Source of the DNA: a virus
Strand: one strand, 5' to 3'
Virus record (IMG/VR): IMGVR_UViG_3300032235_000792
DNA: 64,000 nucleotides
A model generated the notes under the pieces. The model was not told the DNA's origin, made no database searches, and worked only from the letters and a program-made list of their open reading frames with translations. Of this stretch, positions 37,906 to 47,100 are shown piece by piece. Each line of letters opens with the position of its first letter. Position 1 is the first letter of the stretch. The translations under genes and the position numbers were made by a program.

Positions 37906-39668
37906 AATTAATTAAAGTAGATATAAATAATATATTGTCTATTGAAAATGCTGAAGTAATATTTGGCGATACAGGGTTGGTTTTAGTTGAGGGACACGAT
38001 TATGACACAGGTCGCGCAAATGGCGCCGGAAAGTCTGCTATATTTAACGCTATTTCGTTTGCTCTGTATGACCGTATCCCAAGAAGAATTACTAAATCTG
38101 AAATCGTTAGAAAAGGTGCAAAAGACGGATCTTGTTGTGTTACGTTGGGCGTTGATGATCGAGTATTCAAGGTTAAAAGGTCTAGACCCACATTAGTTGA
38201 GTTTTTTATAGATGACGTCAAAGTCGATATGACTCAAGAAGAGTTTGAGTCTAAGATTGGCTTAAACTATGACCAATTCGTATTAACTATGTACAATCCG
38301 CAAGATTCTAATGAACGTTTTCTTACGCTAAACGATTCTGATAAGAAAAATTTCTTATTGAAGATAATGAATCTTAATAAGTTTAATTCTGCCAAAGATA
38401 CAGTTTCAGAAAAAATAAAGGATCTTTCTCAGCAGAGACTAATGATCCTCTCGAAGATAGAAACATATAAATCTAATATTAAGATCTACAAAGAGTCTCT
38501 AATTGACCCCACTGTTGTTCAACTGAGCATTGATCAGATAAATAGGGACATTGCTGCATATAACAAGGCTATAAAAGAATTAGAAAAGGTATTAGAGCCT
38601 GATTTGTCGAAATATGCAGAAACTGAATCTAAGATTCAGCAGAAGATCATATCTTTTGCTACAGCGAACGCTAATAGATCAGATGAGCTTAAGAAGTATA
38701 GAACTCTTGAGGCCAATTTAAAGCCGTTTGATCCTAGAAAACCAGATGCTTCGTGTCCAGTTTGCCGCGTGGAATTAAACATACAGGGCAAAACTCTAGC
38801 CAAAGTTGATGATATTGAAGCTTTAAAGCTGCAACATAACGCACATCAAGAAGAAATAAAATCAGAGATGTTGATAGTAAAACAGAACATAGATAAATAC
38901 GATACAATTTTGTCTAAGCAAGATGAAGTTAATGCACTTGTTAATAAAATAAAAAATAAAAAACAAGAAGAATATAGAGATTATAGAGACGCTCAATCTA
39001 GTATATTTGAATATAAAAATTCGATATCCATTAAAAACTCTCAATTAGGTGCACTAAATTCTCAGTTAGATAAAAATAACGACATCAAAGACAAGATACA
39101 AGAAATAGTAAATAATACGAAAAATCTTAACGATAAGCTAGAGGGAGTAGATCTTGAACTGTCAATTCTCGGAGCTGTGGACTCGATTTTCGATTCAACT
39201 GGTGCTCCTGCTTATATTATTGATTGCATCATCGATCTTATTAATGAGGCTGCTTCTTCAAATATTTGTGACATTTGGTCTAATGCTTCTTACACCATTA
39301 AGACTTATAAAGAGAATAAAGATAAAACGGTAAAGGCAAAAATATCAGAATCTTTAGTAATAGACGGGTCAGAGAGATCGATTGGTTCACTTTCTGGAGG
39401 TGAATTTAGGGCTCTTTCTCTACTTCTTGATTTTGCCATAATTGATGTACTAGGCTCTCAGTACAACGTGAACATAAATCCTATAATACTAGATGAACCA
39501 TTTGACGGCCTAGATAATCTAGGCAGAGAATTAATCATAGACCTACTGTCTAAAATCTCTCAAACTAGACAGATATGGGTAGTTGATCATGCATCTGAAG
39601 CCAAAAGTCTGTTTAATCAAGTAGTTAAAGTTGAAAAACGAAATGGCATATCTAATATAATTCAATAG
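37902..39668 (+). CDS. sbcC: SbcC/Rad50/gp46-like recombination ATPase
   Basis: NGAGKS, CPVC zinc hook, LSGGE signature, ILDEPFDGLD. Confidence 0.93.
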   Translation: MKLIKVDINNILSIENAEVIFGDTGLVLVEGHDYDTGRANGAGKSAIFNAISFALYDRIPRRITKSEIVRKGAKDGSCCVTLGVDDRVFKVKRSRPTLVEFFIDDVKVDMTQEEFESKIGLNYDQFVLTMYNPQDSNERFLTLNDSDKKNFLLKIMNLNKFNSAKDTVSEKIKDLSQQRLMILSKIETYKSNIKIYKESLIDPTVVQLSIDQINRDIAAYNKAIKELEKVLEPDLSKYAETESKIQQKIISFATANANRSDELKKYRTLEANLKPFDPRKPDASCPVCRVELNIQGKTLAKVDDIEALKLQHNAHQEEIKSEMLIVKQNIDKYDTILSKQDEVNALVNKIKNKKQEEYRDYRDAQSSIFEYKNSISIKNSQLGALNSQLDKNNDIKDKIQEIVNNTKNLNDKLEGVDLELSILGAVDSIFDSTGAPAYIIDCIIDLINEAASSNICDIWSNASYTIKTYKENKDKTVKAKISESLVIDGSERSIGSLSGGEFRALSLLLDFAIIDVLGSQYNVNINPIILDEPFDGLDNLGRELIIDLLSKISQTRQIWVVDHASEAKSLFNQVVKVEKRNGISNIIQ

Positions 39669-39683
39669 TTTACCTATGGATTA

Positions 39684-39692
39684 TGGTATAAT
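39684..39692 (+). promoter_or_regulatory. Extended -10 promoter TGGTATAAT
   Basis: Intergenic, upstream of 39734. Confidence 0.75.
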
Positions 39693-39733
39693 TAAGTACT
39701 GAAGGAGTACGCTGTCTAACAGCTAATTATGCC

Positions 39734-41137
39734 ATGAGTAAGTCTATTAAGGAACTCTTAGAGGAAGTGAATTTAGAGCTAGATATAAGCTCTGAATATT
39801 CTTATGAGTTTCACTCTGAATTAATAAAAAATCAAGGCTCATCTAGTATCATGCTTAATAAATTCAAGAGCATGCTCAATCAGACTAACGACCCTGCCAA
39901 GCAGCGAATACTTAAAGACATGATCTCCAAGGAAGAAGTTAGACTAAAGAAAGAACAAGAAGATTCTGCTAAAAAAGCAACAGAAGAAAAAGCATCTAAA
40001 GAGAAGACTTTAGCAGAACAGGCTGAAGATAGAGAGAAATTAAAAAATACTCGTATGCTATCCTCTCCTCAAGAGTGGGAAGAGCAGAAGGCCATGGAAA
40101 GCCTTGTTGAAGACCCATCTATGGCATCTGAAGTTGCTGCACAAAGAAGACAAAATACAAAAGATTGGTTTAAGCAAAAGTATCCAAAAGTATTCGCAGA
40201 CAAAGAAAATAGAAAAAAAGCTCTTCAAGACATGGAAGACAGAGCTGCTGCTGAAAAAGAGAAGTCTAAATCTTACGATAAGGCAGTAGAGCAACATGAC
40301 CCGGAGTCTCGTCCTGCACATGCTACTAAAAAGAGGAGCGCATCTAGAATAATTCAGATGGGTGAAAGAAAAGGCGCAATGGAGAGAAAGTTTATAAATA
40401 GAGAGCAAGGCGCTGATCCAAAGCCTGAATTAAAAAACAAAATGGATGCAGAGCAGATAAGTGCTGTAAAAGACATAGTTGGAAAACCAAAAAAATCTGT
40501 AACATCAACTTCCGCTGATTACGATAAATTCAAGACACCCTCACCAGAAGACAGGATTGTTAGTCAAATTAAGTCTGGATCGCCTCAAGAAAAGATTGCT
40601 GCATTAAAGGCGGCACGACAAAAATTGATGGGATCAAGTTCTCAACCAGGACCGTCTGCACCTCAGATAACTCCAGAGGTTAAAAAATCATCTGATAATT
40701 TTGATTCTCTAGTCGATAAGTTAAATAACTTAAAAAAGGGAATGGCTAACTCTGGATTAGGTGGATTTGGAAGTGTTAAAGCAGGAGCGGTCCTTCCTAA
40801 TAAAATTTCCATCCCTAAGTCTAGTAATAATTCTGCTGCATCTAAAGTTAAAATTCCTAATGTTGCCCCTCAAAGTAAGAAAGATCCAATGAGATCAATT
40901 GCTCAAACTCAAAACAAAGATATTAAAGATCTTAAGATGAAAGAGGCTAATGCTCACTTTGATAATCAAGTTATTAAATATGATACCAATGGACAGTGGA
41001 ATCTTGAGAAAAGATGCTGGGAAGGGTATGAACCAGTCCCTGGTAAAAAAGCTTATTCTGAAGATTCTTGTAGGCCAGTAAAGAAGAAAAAATCTAAGAA
41101 CAAAAGTCGATCATCTAAGGTTGATGATAGAAAATAA
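39734..41137 (+). CDS. Probable internal head/virion protein
   Basis: Low complexity, Lys-rich, several LxK-[NSGR] motifs, C-terminal CWEGYEPVPGKK motif. Confidence 0.5.
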   Translation: MSKSIKELLEEVNLELDISSEYSYEFHSELIKNQGSSSIMLNKFKSMLNQTNDPAKQRILKDMISKEEVRLKKEQEDSAKKATEEKASKEKTLAEQAEDREKLKNTRMLSSPQEWEEQKAMESLVEDPSMASEVAAQRRQNTKDWFKQKYPKVFADKENRKKALQDMEDRAAAEKEKSKSYDKAVEQHDPESRPAHATKKRSASRIIQMGERKGAMERKFINREQGADPKPELKNKMDAEQISAVKDIVGKPKKSVTSTSADYDKFKTPSPEDRIVSQIKSGSPQEKIAALKAARQKLMGSSSQPGPSAPQITPEVKKSSDNFDSLVDKLNNLKKGMANSGLGGFGSVKAGAVLPNKISIPKSSNNSAASKVKIPNVAPQSKKDPMRSIAQTQNKDIKDLKMKEANAHFDNQVIKYDTNGQWNLEKRCWEGYEPVPGKKAYSEDSCRPVKKKKSKNKSRSSKVDDRK

Positions 41138-41145
41138 AAGGGCAA

Positions 41146-41283
41146 ATGAAATATCTACATGAAAAAGAATATCAGTTGCATTTTGTTAAGCTTATATGTG
41201 CATTAATAATATTATCTGAACTAAAAAGAAAAACTGTAACTAAAGAATACGACAAACTAAGCTTTAGGAACGTACTTAATTAG
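41146..41283 (+). CDS. 45-aa hypothetical protein (not in ORF track)
   Basis: SD-like AAGGG precedes ATG. MKYLHEKEYQLHFVKLICALIILSELKRK... Confidence 0.4.
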   Translation: MKYLHEKEYQLHFVKLICALIILSELKRKTVTKEYDKLSFRNVLN

Positions 41284-41291
41284 TTTACTAA

Positions 41292-41298
41292 GTATAAT
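41292..41298 (+). promoter_or_regulatory. GTATAAT -10 for phoH
   Basis: Intergenic, upstream of SD AGGAG. Confidence 0.65.
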
Positions 41299-41322
41299 TT
41301 GATTATAACTTAGGAGCACTAG

Positions 41323-42603
41323 TTGAATAAAAAATTCGTATTAGATACCAATGTCATACTTTCAGACCCTCTCTGTATATACAAATTCGAAGACAATGAA
41401 GTACACATCCCCTTAATAGTTATTGAGGAAGTAGATAAGCATAAGAAAGGTCAAGAGGAAAAAGCCAGAAATGCCAGGACTTTTTCTAGAGAAATAGATG
41501 TATTGCGAGAGCAAGGTAAGTTGTCAGAGGGTGTAGAGTTAAGAAATGGTGGAAAACTTTTTTTAACTGTAGTAAAAGAAGCTGACGACCTACCTTTAGG
41601 TCTTGACTTAAAAATAAATGATGACTTGATATTGTATACTGCGTTTAAAATTGGAGCAGTTGTTGTATCTCAGGACCTTAACGTCAGGCTTAAGGCTGAT
41701 GCAATAGACGTACCTGCTGAAAATTATGAGGCTGGTAAAGTAAAAGTAGAAAACGATATTCTATATTCTGGTTATAAAGTTGAGTTCTTTACAACAGATG
41801 ATATGTCTGATTTTAGGTCATCTAGGTTTCTTGCGTTTGAGAATGAATTTGATAATGAATACATTATTTTGAAAGACGAAGGGAATCCTAAAAGTTCAGC
41901 TCTAGGCAGATATTCTAAGGCAAAAGGTGGCATTGTTCCGCTCATAGCCTCAGACAATACTTGGGGAATAAACCCTAAAAATGCAGAACAAAGATTTGCA
42001 TTAGACGCTCTTCTTAACGATGATATCAAGCTTGTTTCATTAATTGGAAAAGCTGGAACTGGTAAGACGCTACTTGCGGTAGCGGCAGGTTTGACCAAAA
42101 CTATAGAGTCTGGCACATACAAGAGAATGCTTATCTCGAGACCCGTCGTTCCAATGGGTAAAGATATTGGATATCTACCTGGCGATATAAAAGAAAAGCT
42201 AGATCCTTGGATGCAGCCGATTTATGACAACCTTGATCACTTATTTGGTGAACACGGAGAAGATAACCAACAATGGAAAGGACTTCTTGAGAGAGGTCTC
42301 ATTAAGATAGAGGCACTTACATACATAAGAGGTAGATCTATCCCATCTCAATACTTAATCGTAGATGAGGCCCAGAACCTTTCCCCACACGAGATCAAGA
42401 CTATTGTAACTCGAGTTGGTGAAGGCACCAAGGTGGTTCTTACTGGTGACACTGATCAAATTGATAGTCCTTACTTAGATGCTATCAACAATGGTCTAAC
42501 ATACGTAGTAGACAGGTTGAAGCGTGAGGATATCGTTGCCCATGTTGAACTCAAGAAAGGCGAACGATCTAAGCTAGCAGATATAGCTACTAAGTTGCTC
42601 TAG
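41323..42603 (+). CDS. phoH: PIN-PhoH (PhoH2-type) protein
   Basis: VLDTNV PIN motif, GKAGTGKT, YIRGRSI, IVDEAQNL, TGDTDQID. Confidence 0.95.
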   Translation: MNKKFVLDTNVILSDPLCIYKFEDNEVHIPLIVIEEVDKHKKGQEEKARNARTFSREIDVLREQGKLSEGVELRNGGKLFLTVVKEADDLPLGLDLKINDDLILYTAFKIGAVVVSQDLNVRLKADAIDVPAENYEAGKVKVENDILYSGYKVEFFTTDDMSDFRSSRFLAFENEFDNEYIILKDEGNPKSSALGRYSKAKGGIVPLIASDNTWGINPKNAEQRFALDALLNDDIKLVSLIGKAGTGKTLLAVAAGLTKTIESGTYKRMLISRPVVPMGKDIGYLPGDIKEKLDPWMQPIYDNLDHLFGEHGEDNQQWKGLLERGLIKIEALTYIRGRSIPSQYLIVDEAQNLSPHEIKTIVTRVGEGTKVVLTGDTDQIDSPYLDAINNGLTYVVDRLKREDIVAHVELKKGERSKLADIATKLL

Positions 42604-42609
42604 TATAAC
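42603..42609 (+). promoter_or_regulatory. GTATAAC variant -10 overlapping phoH stop, possible leaderless transcript
   Basis: 7 nt before ATG 42617. Only a weak GAG is present as a possible SD. Confidence 0.5.
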
Positions 42610-42616
42610 TAGAGCA

Positions 42617-43261
42617 ATGAAGGCACTTATCATAGACCCAGCTAATTCAACTGGGTATTGCATATTAGATTTCGACGAACTGACTCAAATTGCTGAGATT
42701 ATAGATTGGGGATTCATAGACGTAGATCAACATAACTATGCTGGTGATCAGTATATTGATCTAATAAGTAAAATAGAACATTTAATTGTTAAGCACAATA
42801 TAAATAGAGTAGCTATCGAAGATTATTTCTTTAATCAAAGATCTGCCCAAGGATCTACTTTAAACTGCGCTTATAGAGCCGTTATTCACTTAAAATGTAG
42901 ACAGCTTGGCTTGCACTATGATATTCTAAATATCTCACTTTGGAAAAGTTTCGTAAATGGTAGAACAACGCCTACTAAAGATCAAAAAGCAAAGTGGGGT
43001 AAAGAACCTGCAAAGAAATTAATGACACAAGAGTCTCTATATAAGCGATGGCAGATAAGATTCCCTAATCATTCCATATCTAATCTGACTAACAAACCTA
43101 TAAAATTTAGATATGATATAGTTGATGCTGTTGGTATGACTGTGTTTTTTGCTAGCATACATCTCCATGCAAAAATGATCAAGTATAGTATTCCTGTGAA
43201 CGACATTGAATGGAAAAAAGAGCCTAAGGGCACATATGAATATGGAGGAAATAATGGCTAA
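42617..43261 (+). CDS. RuvC-like Holliday junction resolvase
   Basis: LIIDPANSTGY, VAIEDY, DIVDAVG acidic catalytic motifs. Confidence 0.8.
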   Translation: MKALIIDPANSTGYCILDFDELTQIAEIIDWGFIDVDQHNYAGDQYIDLISKIEHLIVKHNINRVAIEDYFFNQRSAQGSTLNCAYRAVIHLKCRQLGLHYDILNISLWKSFVNGRTTPTKDQKAKWGKEPAKKLMTQESLYKRWQIRFPNHSISNLTNKPIKFRYDIVDAVGMTVFFASIHLHAKMIKYSIPVNDIEWKKEPKGTYEYGGNNG

Positions 43262-43544
43262 AAAGAAAACTAGTTGGGAAAAAGTTCTTACAGAATCTTG
43301 GGTTGCTAATAGAAAAAATCTATCAGAAGAAGATGCTGAGAAAGAACTTGTAAGCGCAGAATTTGAAATTAAACAGTTGCTTCATGACAAAGAAAGTAAT
43401 GAACAACTTAAGGCAGCTAAAGAAATTGTTAGCGATCTTAATGCTGGATTTAGCTCTGCTATTAAATATGAGAAAGCTAAAATTGATTTTCTTCTTGAAC
43501 AAATTGAAAATGCTCGAGTTAAGAACAAAAATAAGGTGGAATAA
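43254..43544 (+). CDS. Hypothetical coiled-coil protein
   Basis: SD GGAGG before ATG 43254. Confidence 0.65.
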   Translation: MAKKKTSWEKVLTESWVANRKNLSEEDAEKELVSAEFEIKQLLHDKESNEQLKAAKEIVSDLNAGFSSAIKYEKAKIDFLLEQIENARVKNKNKVE

Positions 43545-43699
43545 TGATTACTCAAGAACAACTCTATACTATAGTTAATCTAGTTGATCTTCATTCTAGA
43601 ACAATGGATCAAGAGATCAGTATGAAGTTAAAAGAATTAATTAATAACGTAATGGATGATTTGAACAATAGCGAGGTTAAGCATGAGCTTGAAAACTGA
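43544..43699 (+). CDS. 51-aa hypothetical protein (not in ORF track)
   Basis: TAATG overlap with the upstream stop and SD-like AAGGTGG. MITQEQLYTIVNLVDLHSR... Confidence 0.55.
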   Translation: MITQEQLYTIVNLVDLHSRTMDQEISMKLKELINNVMDDLNNSEVKHELEN

Positions 43700-44021
43700 T
43701 TATCTAGATGGCTCTAATGGTTTTACTCAACAGATGGCTGATGTATTTGCTCAAGGTGAACTGTTTGTTTCATCTAATTCCGTAGCGCTTGCTTCAGCTC
43801 TTCAGACAGCCGCATCTAAAGGGCAGAAAAAATTTACTGTAACAATAGAAACAACTTTTGAACCTGCTAATCTCAGGCTAAATGGTCTGCATCTTCAAAC
43901 TTATTTAGCTGGAATTCAAGCTGCTCTTGCATCTGAAGACGTTTATAATTACGAAGTTACTCTAGCGCTAAACACATCTCTCCAGACCACTACAAGCATC
44001 GATTTTAACTTTTCTTTCTAG
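43683..44021 (+). CDS. Hypothetical protein
   Basis: SD GAGG. 112 aa. Confidence 0.65.
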   Translation: MSLKTDYLDGSNGFTQQMADVFAQGELFVSSNSVALASALQTAASKGQKKFTVTIETTFEPANLRLNGLHLQTYLAGIQAALASEDVYNYEVTLALNTSLQTTTSIDFNFSF

Positions 44022-44035
44022 TATCAAGAAGCTAA

Positions 44036-44067
44036 TCCCTGCAATTTGTATAAATACGTTGCAGGGA
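44036..44067. promoter_or_regulatory. Hairpin TCCCTGCAA...TTGCAGGGA upstream of DNA polymerase
   Basis: 9-bp perfect inverted repeat in the intergenic region. Confidence 0.55.
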
Positions 44068-44112
44068 CACTTCCTCAATCCCCTCATTTTTTTTTGAGGT
44101 CTAAGGAGCATC

Positions 44113-47100
44113 ATGAACTATCTATGGATAGACGTAGAAACTACTGGTTTAAATGAAAAAAAGAATGACATTATTCAGTTAGCCTGCATACCAATAATTA
44201 ATGGTGTTGTTAAGGAATCATTTAACGAATTTTGTCAACCATTTAATTTTGACACTATTGAACCAGAAGCACTTAAGGTGCATGGTTTGACATTAGAAAT
44301 GATAAGAACGTTTCAATCACCTGATTTGATGTTTGAAAAGTTTATTAATTATATTAAGTCTTTTAACGTAAAATTTACTATTGCTGGTTTTAATGTTGGA
44401 TTTGATAAGCGATTTTTATCTGCTTCTTTTTCTAAAATAAACAAAAATCAAGACTTCTCAAAGCTATTTAATATAGATATTCACTGTGTTTATAAGAGAG
44501 CATCAGATGTAAAAAGCAAAATAGCATCTAAGTCTCTTAAGCTAGAAGCACTATCTAATCTTTACGGCATCGAGATAAACGCACACGATGCATTATCAGA
44601 TATATCTGCAACAATAGAGGTTGACAAGATTATATCTGGGCTAATGGGAGAAGACACCACAGTCTATGTTCCACAACTAAGTGCTGAAGATGTTAAGATA
44701 TGCGTGGGTTTCCCTGAAATGGCACAACTTCATGTTCACTCTCAATATAATATGATAGATGGTGTTCTTAAGCCAGAAGAATGGTATGCTTGGGCAGCAG
44801 CAAATGGCGTCCCAGGTATATCAATCGTTGATCAAGGCTCTGGTATTTCTTTGTTTAATTCTGTAAGAAATAAAGAAAAAACCGTAGCAGTGTCTGGTTT
44901 AGGTATTAATTTTGCATACGATGAAGATGTTGATATGCACAACATTTTTTCTCTTAATGCTTGGGCAATATCTGATGAAGGATACAAGAATTTAGTCAGT
45001 CTTGCTTCAATTGGCTACGATAATTCAAAAGAAATAAATGGAATTGTAACACCTGTACTTACTTTGTCTACTATAATTAGTAAAAGTCAAGGATTAGAAT
45101 TTGGTTCTGCTGATTTAAAAGGGCCAATTGGCCAAGCTATAGTTGCTGGAGATAGAGATCTGGCTGAGTCAAGATTCTTAGATCTTAAGAGTAAGCTGAA
45201 TATTATTCTAGAGTTTAACCCTGTAGATATAATTAAGGTTTATGACGGTAAGGTTGGCTTCAGGAGTGCTCCTAAGAATAAACTAATTACTGAAGGAAAC
45301 CTTAGCAAGGCATATAATAAATTTCTGTTCGAGATGTATTCTGAGCATGGTTGCCGAGCTATTCCAGTAACTGGTGCGTGCTTTATAGATCCAGATGATA
45401 AGCTTGTTCAAGATTGTTTATCTAAGAACGCTCATAAAGACCAAGCTTACTACTACGAATCATATCATATAAAGAAAGCAAATCAGGTATTTAAAGAGCT
45501 TAAGGTGCATCTTGGCAACGATCTTACTGAAGACATATTCAATCAATGGGTACTTAGAACGCTAGACATTGTAGATAAAGCCAAGTCTATAAATGCATCT
45601 TTTGATTACCATTTGCCCGCTATATTTGTGCCAGATCATATTAGGAAGAAGACAGATAACTACGATATGCAGACTTATTATGTAATGATGGAACGCATAC
45701 ATAAACATGGCAGGTGGATAAATGATCCTATATATGTAGAGAGATTTAAAAAAGAGCTAGACGTCATAATGAAGAATGAAGTCATGAACTTCATACCGTA
45801 CTTTTTGGTTTATGAGGACGTTTCTCAGTTTTCTAGAGATGCTGGGTTCCTACAGTCTATCGGTCGTGGTTCTGCTGGCGGATGCTTGATATCTTATTAT
45901 CTCCAGATCATTCATGTTGACCCAGTTAAGAGTGACCTTCCTTTTGAGCGATTTCTGTCACATGCCCGTATTCGTGCAGGATCTTGGCCAGATATTGATA
46001 TGGATATTTCTAGAACAGCTAGACCTCACGTAATGAAGTATCTTAAAGACAAGTACGGACTAGGTTTTGCTCAGATTTCTACATTCTCTACAATGAAAAC
46101 AAAGAACGCTATCAAAGATGCTATGATGGCTATTTATGGTCGAAATCGTAAGGATTTTGAGATCGAGGCTGTTTGTAAGACTATCCCTGATTCACCTCAG
46201 GGTGTTGAAGAGAAAGATTTTTTATATGGATACACTGATAAAGAAGGTGATGATCATGTTGGTCACTATGATGAGAATGAAATGCTTCGTAACTTCTTCT
46301 CGTCGTATCCTGATGTTAAAGATCTGGTAGATAAACTTCTTGGTGTAGTTCGTGGCTGGTCACGTCACGCCTCTGCTTTTGTAATATCTACACTAAATCT
46401 TCAAGACGGTCGCGTACCTACAATGCGAATGTATGACGGAGGTATGAATGACTATATTAACGTCACTCAATATAATGCAAAGATGGTTGAGAAAAGTAAT
46501 CTTGTTAAGGCTGATATCTTAGGTCTTAACACTATGGCTATGGTTACAGATTGCGTTAATCTACTTAAAGACAGGGTCAACTATTTAGAGACTGACGATA
46601 AGGGTGTTGCCCTCATATATCGTCTACCTGAATTAGAAAGTGTTTATATAGATTTTTATAATAAGAAAACAGACTCTTCTTTTCAATTTAATACAAATAC
46701 TGTTAAGAACGCTGCACCTCAGTTTATGCCAACAGAGAGATCGCATTTAAGCATCATGACAGCTCTGCTAAGACCTGGAGCGATGGATGCTCAGATCGAA
46801 GAGGGCGTGTCTGCTACTCAGTGGTACATGGATGTGAGAATGGGCAAGCGAGATCCTATCTACATTCACGAAGATCTAAGACCTATCTTAGAAGAAACAT
46901 ATGGGATAATGGTTTATCAAGAGCAGGTGATGAAAGTTCTAGTTGATATCTGTGGATATACACTAGAAGAAACCGATCGTATTCGAGATGCTATTTCTAA
47001 GAAAAAACAAGACGTAATGATGGCCGCGTTTGATCGTATTCGTGAAGCTACTAAGAAAAAAGGGTGGAACAAGCACCAGTCTGATAATCTATGTAATACT

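Noticed and set aside
44049-44056. T4-type late promoter TATAAATA (also 17795)
   Set aside because: Only sporadic and expected in AT-rich DNA. Structural genes are preceded by GTATAAT/TAAAAT instead.
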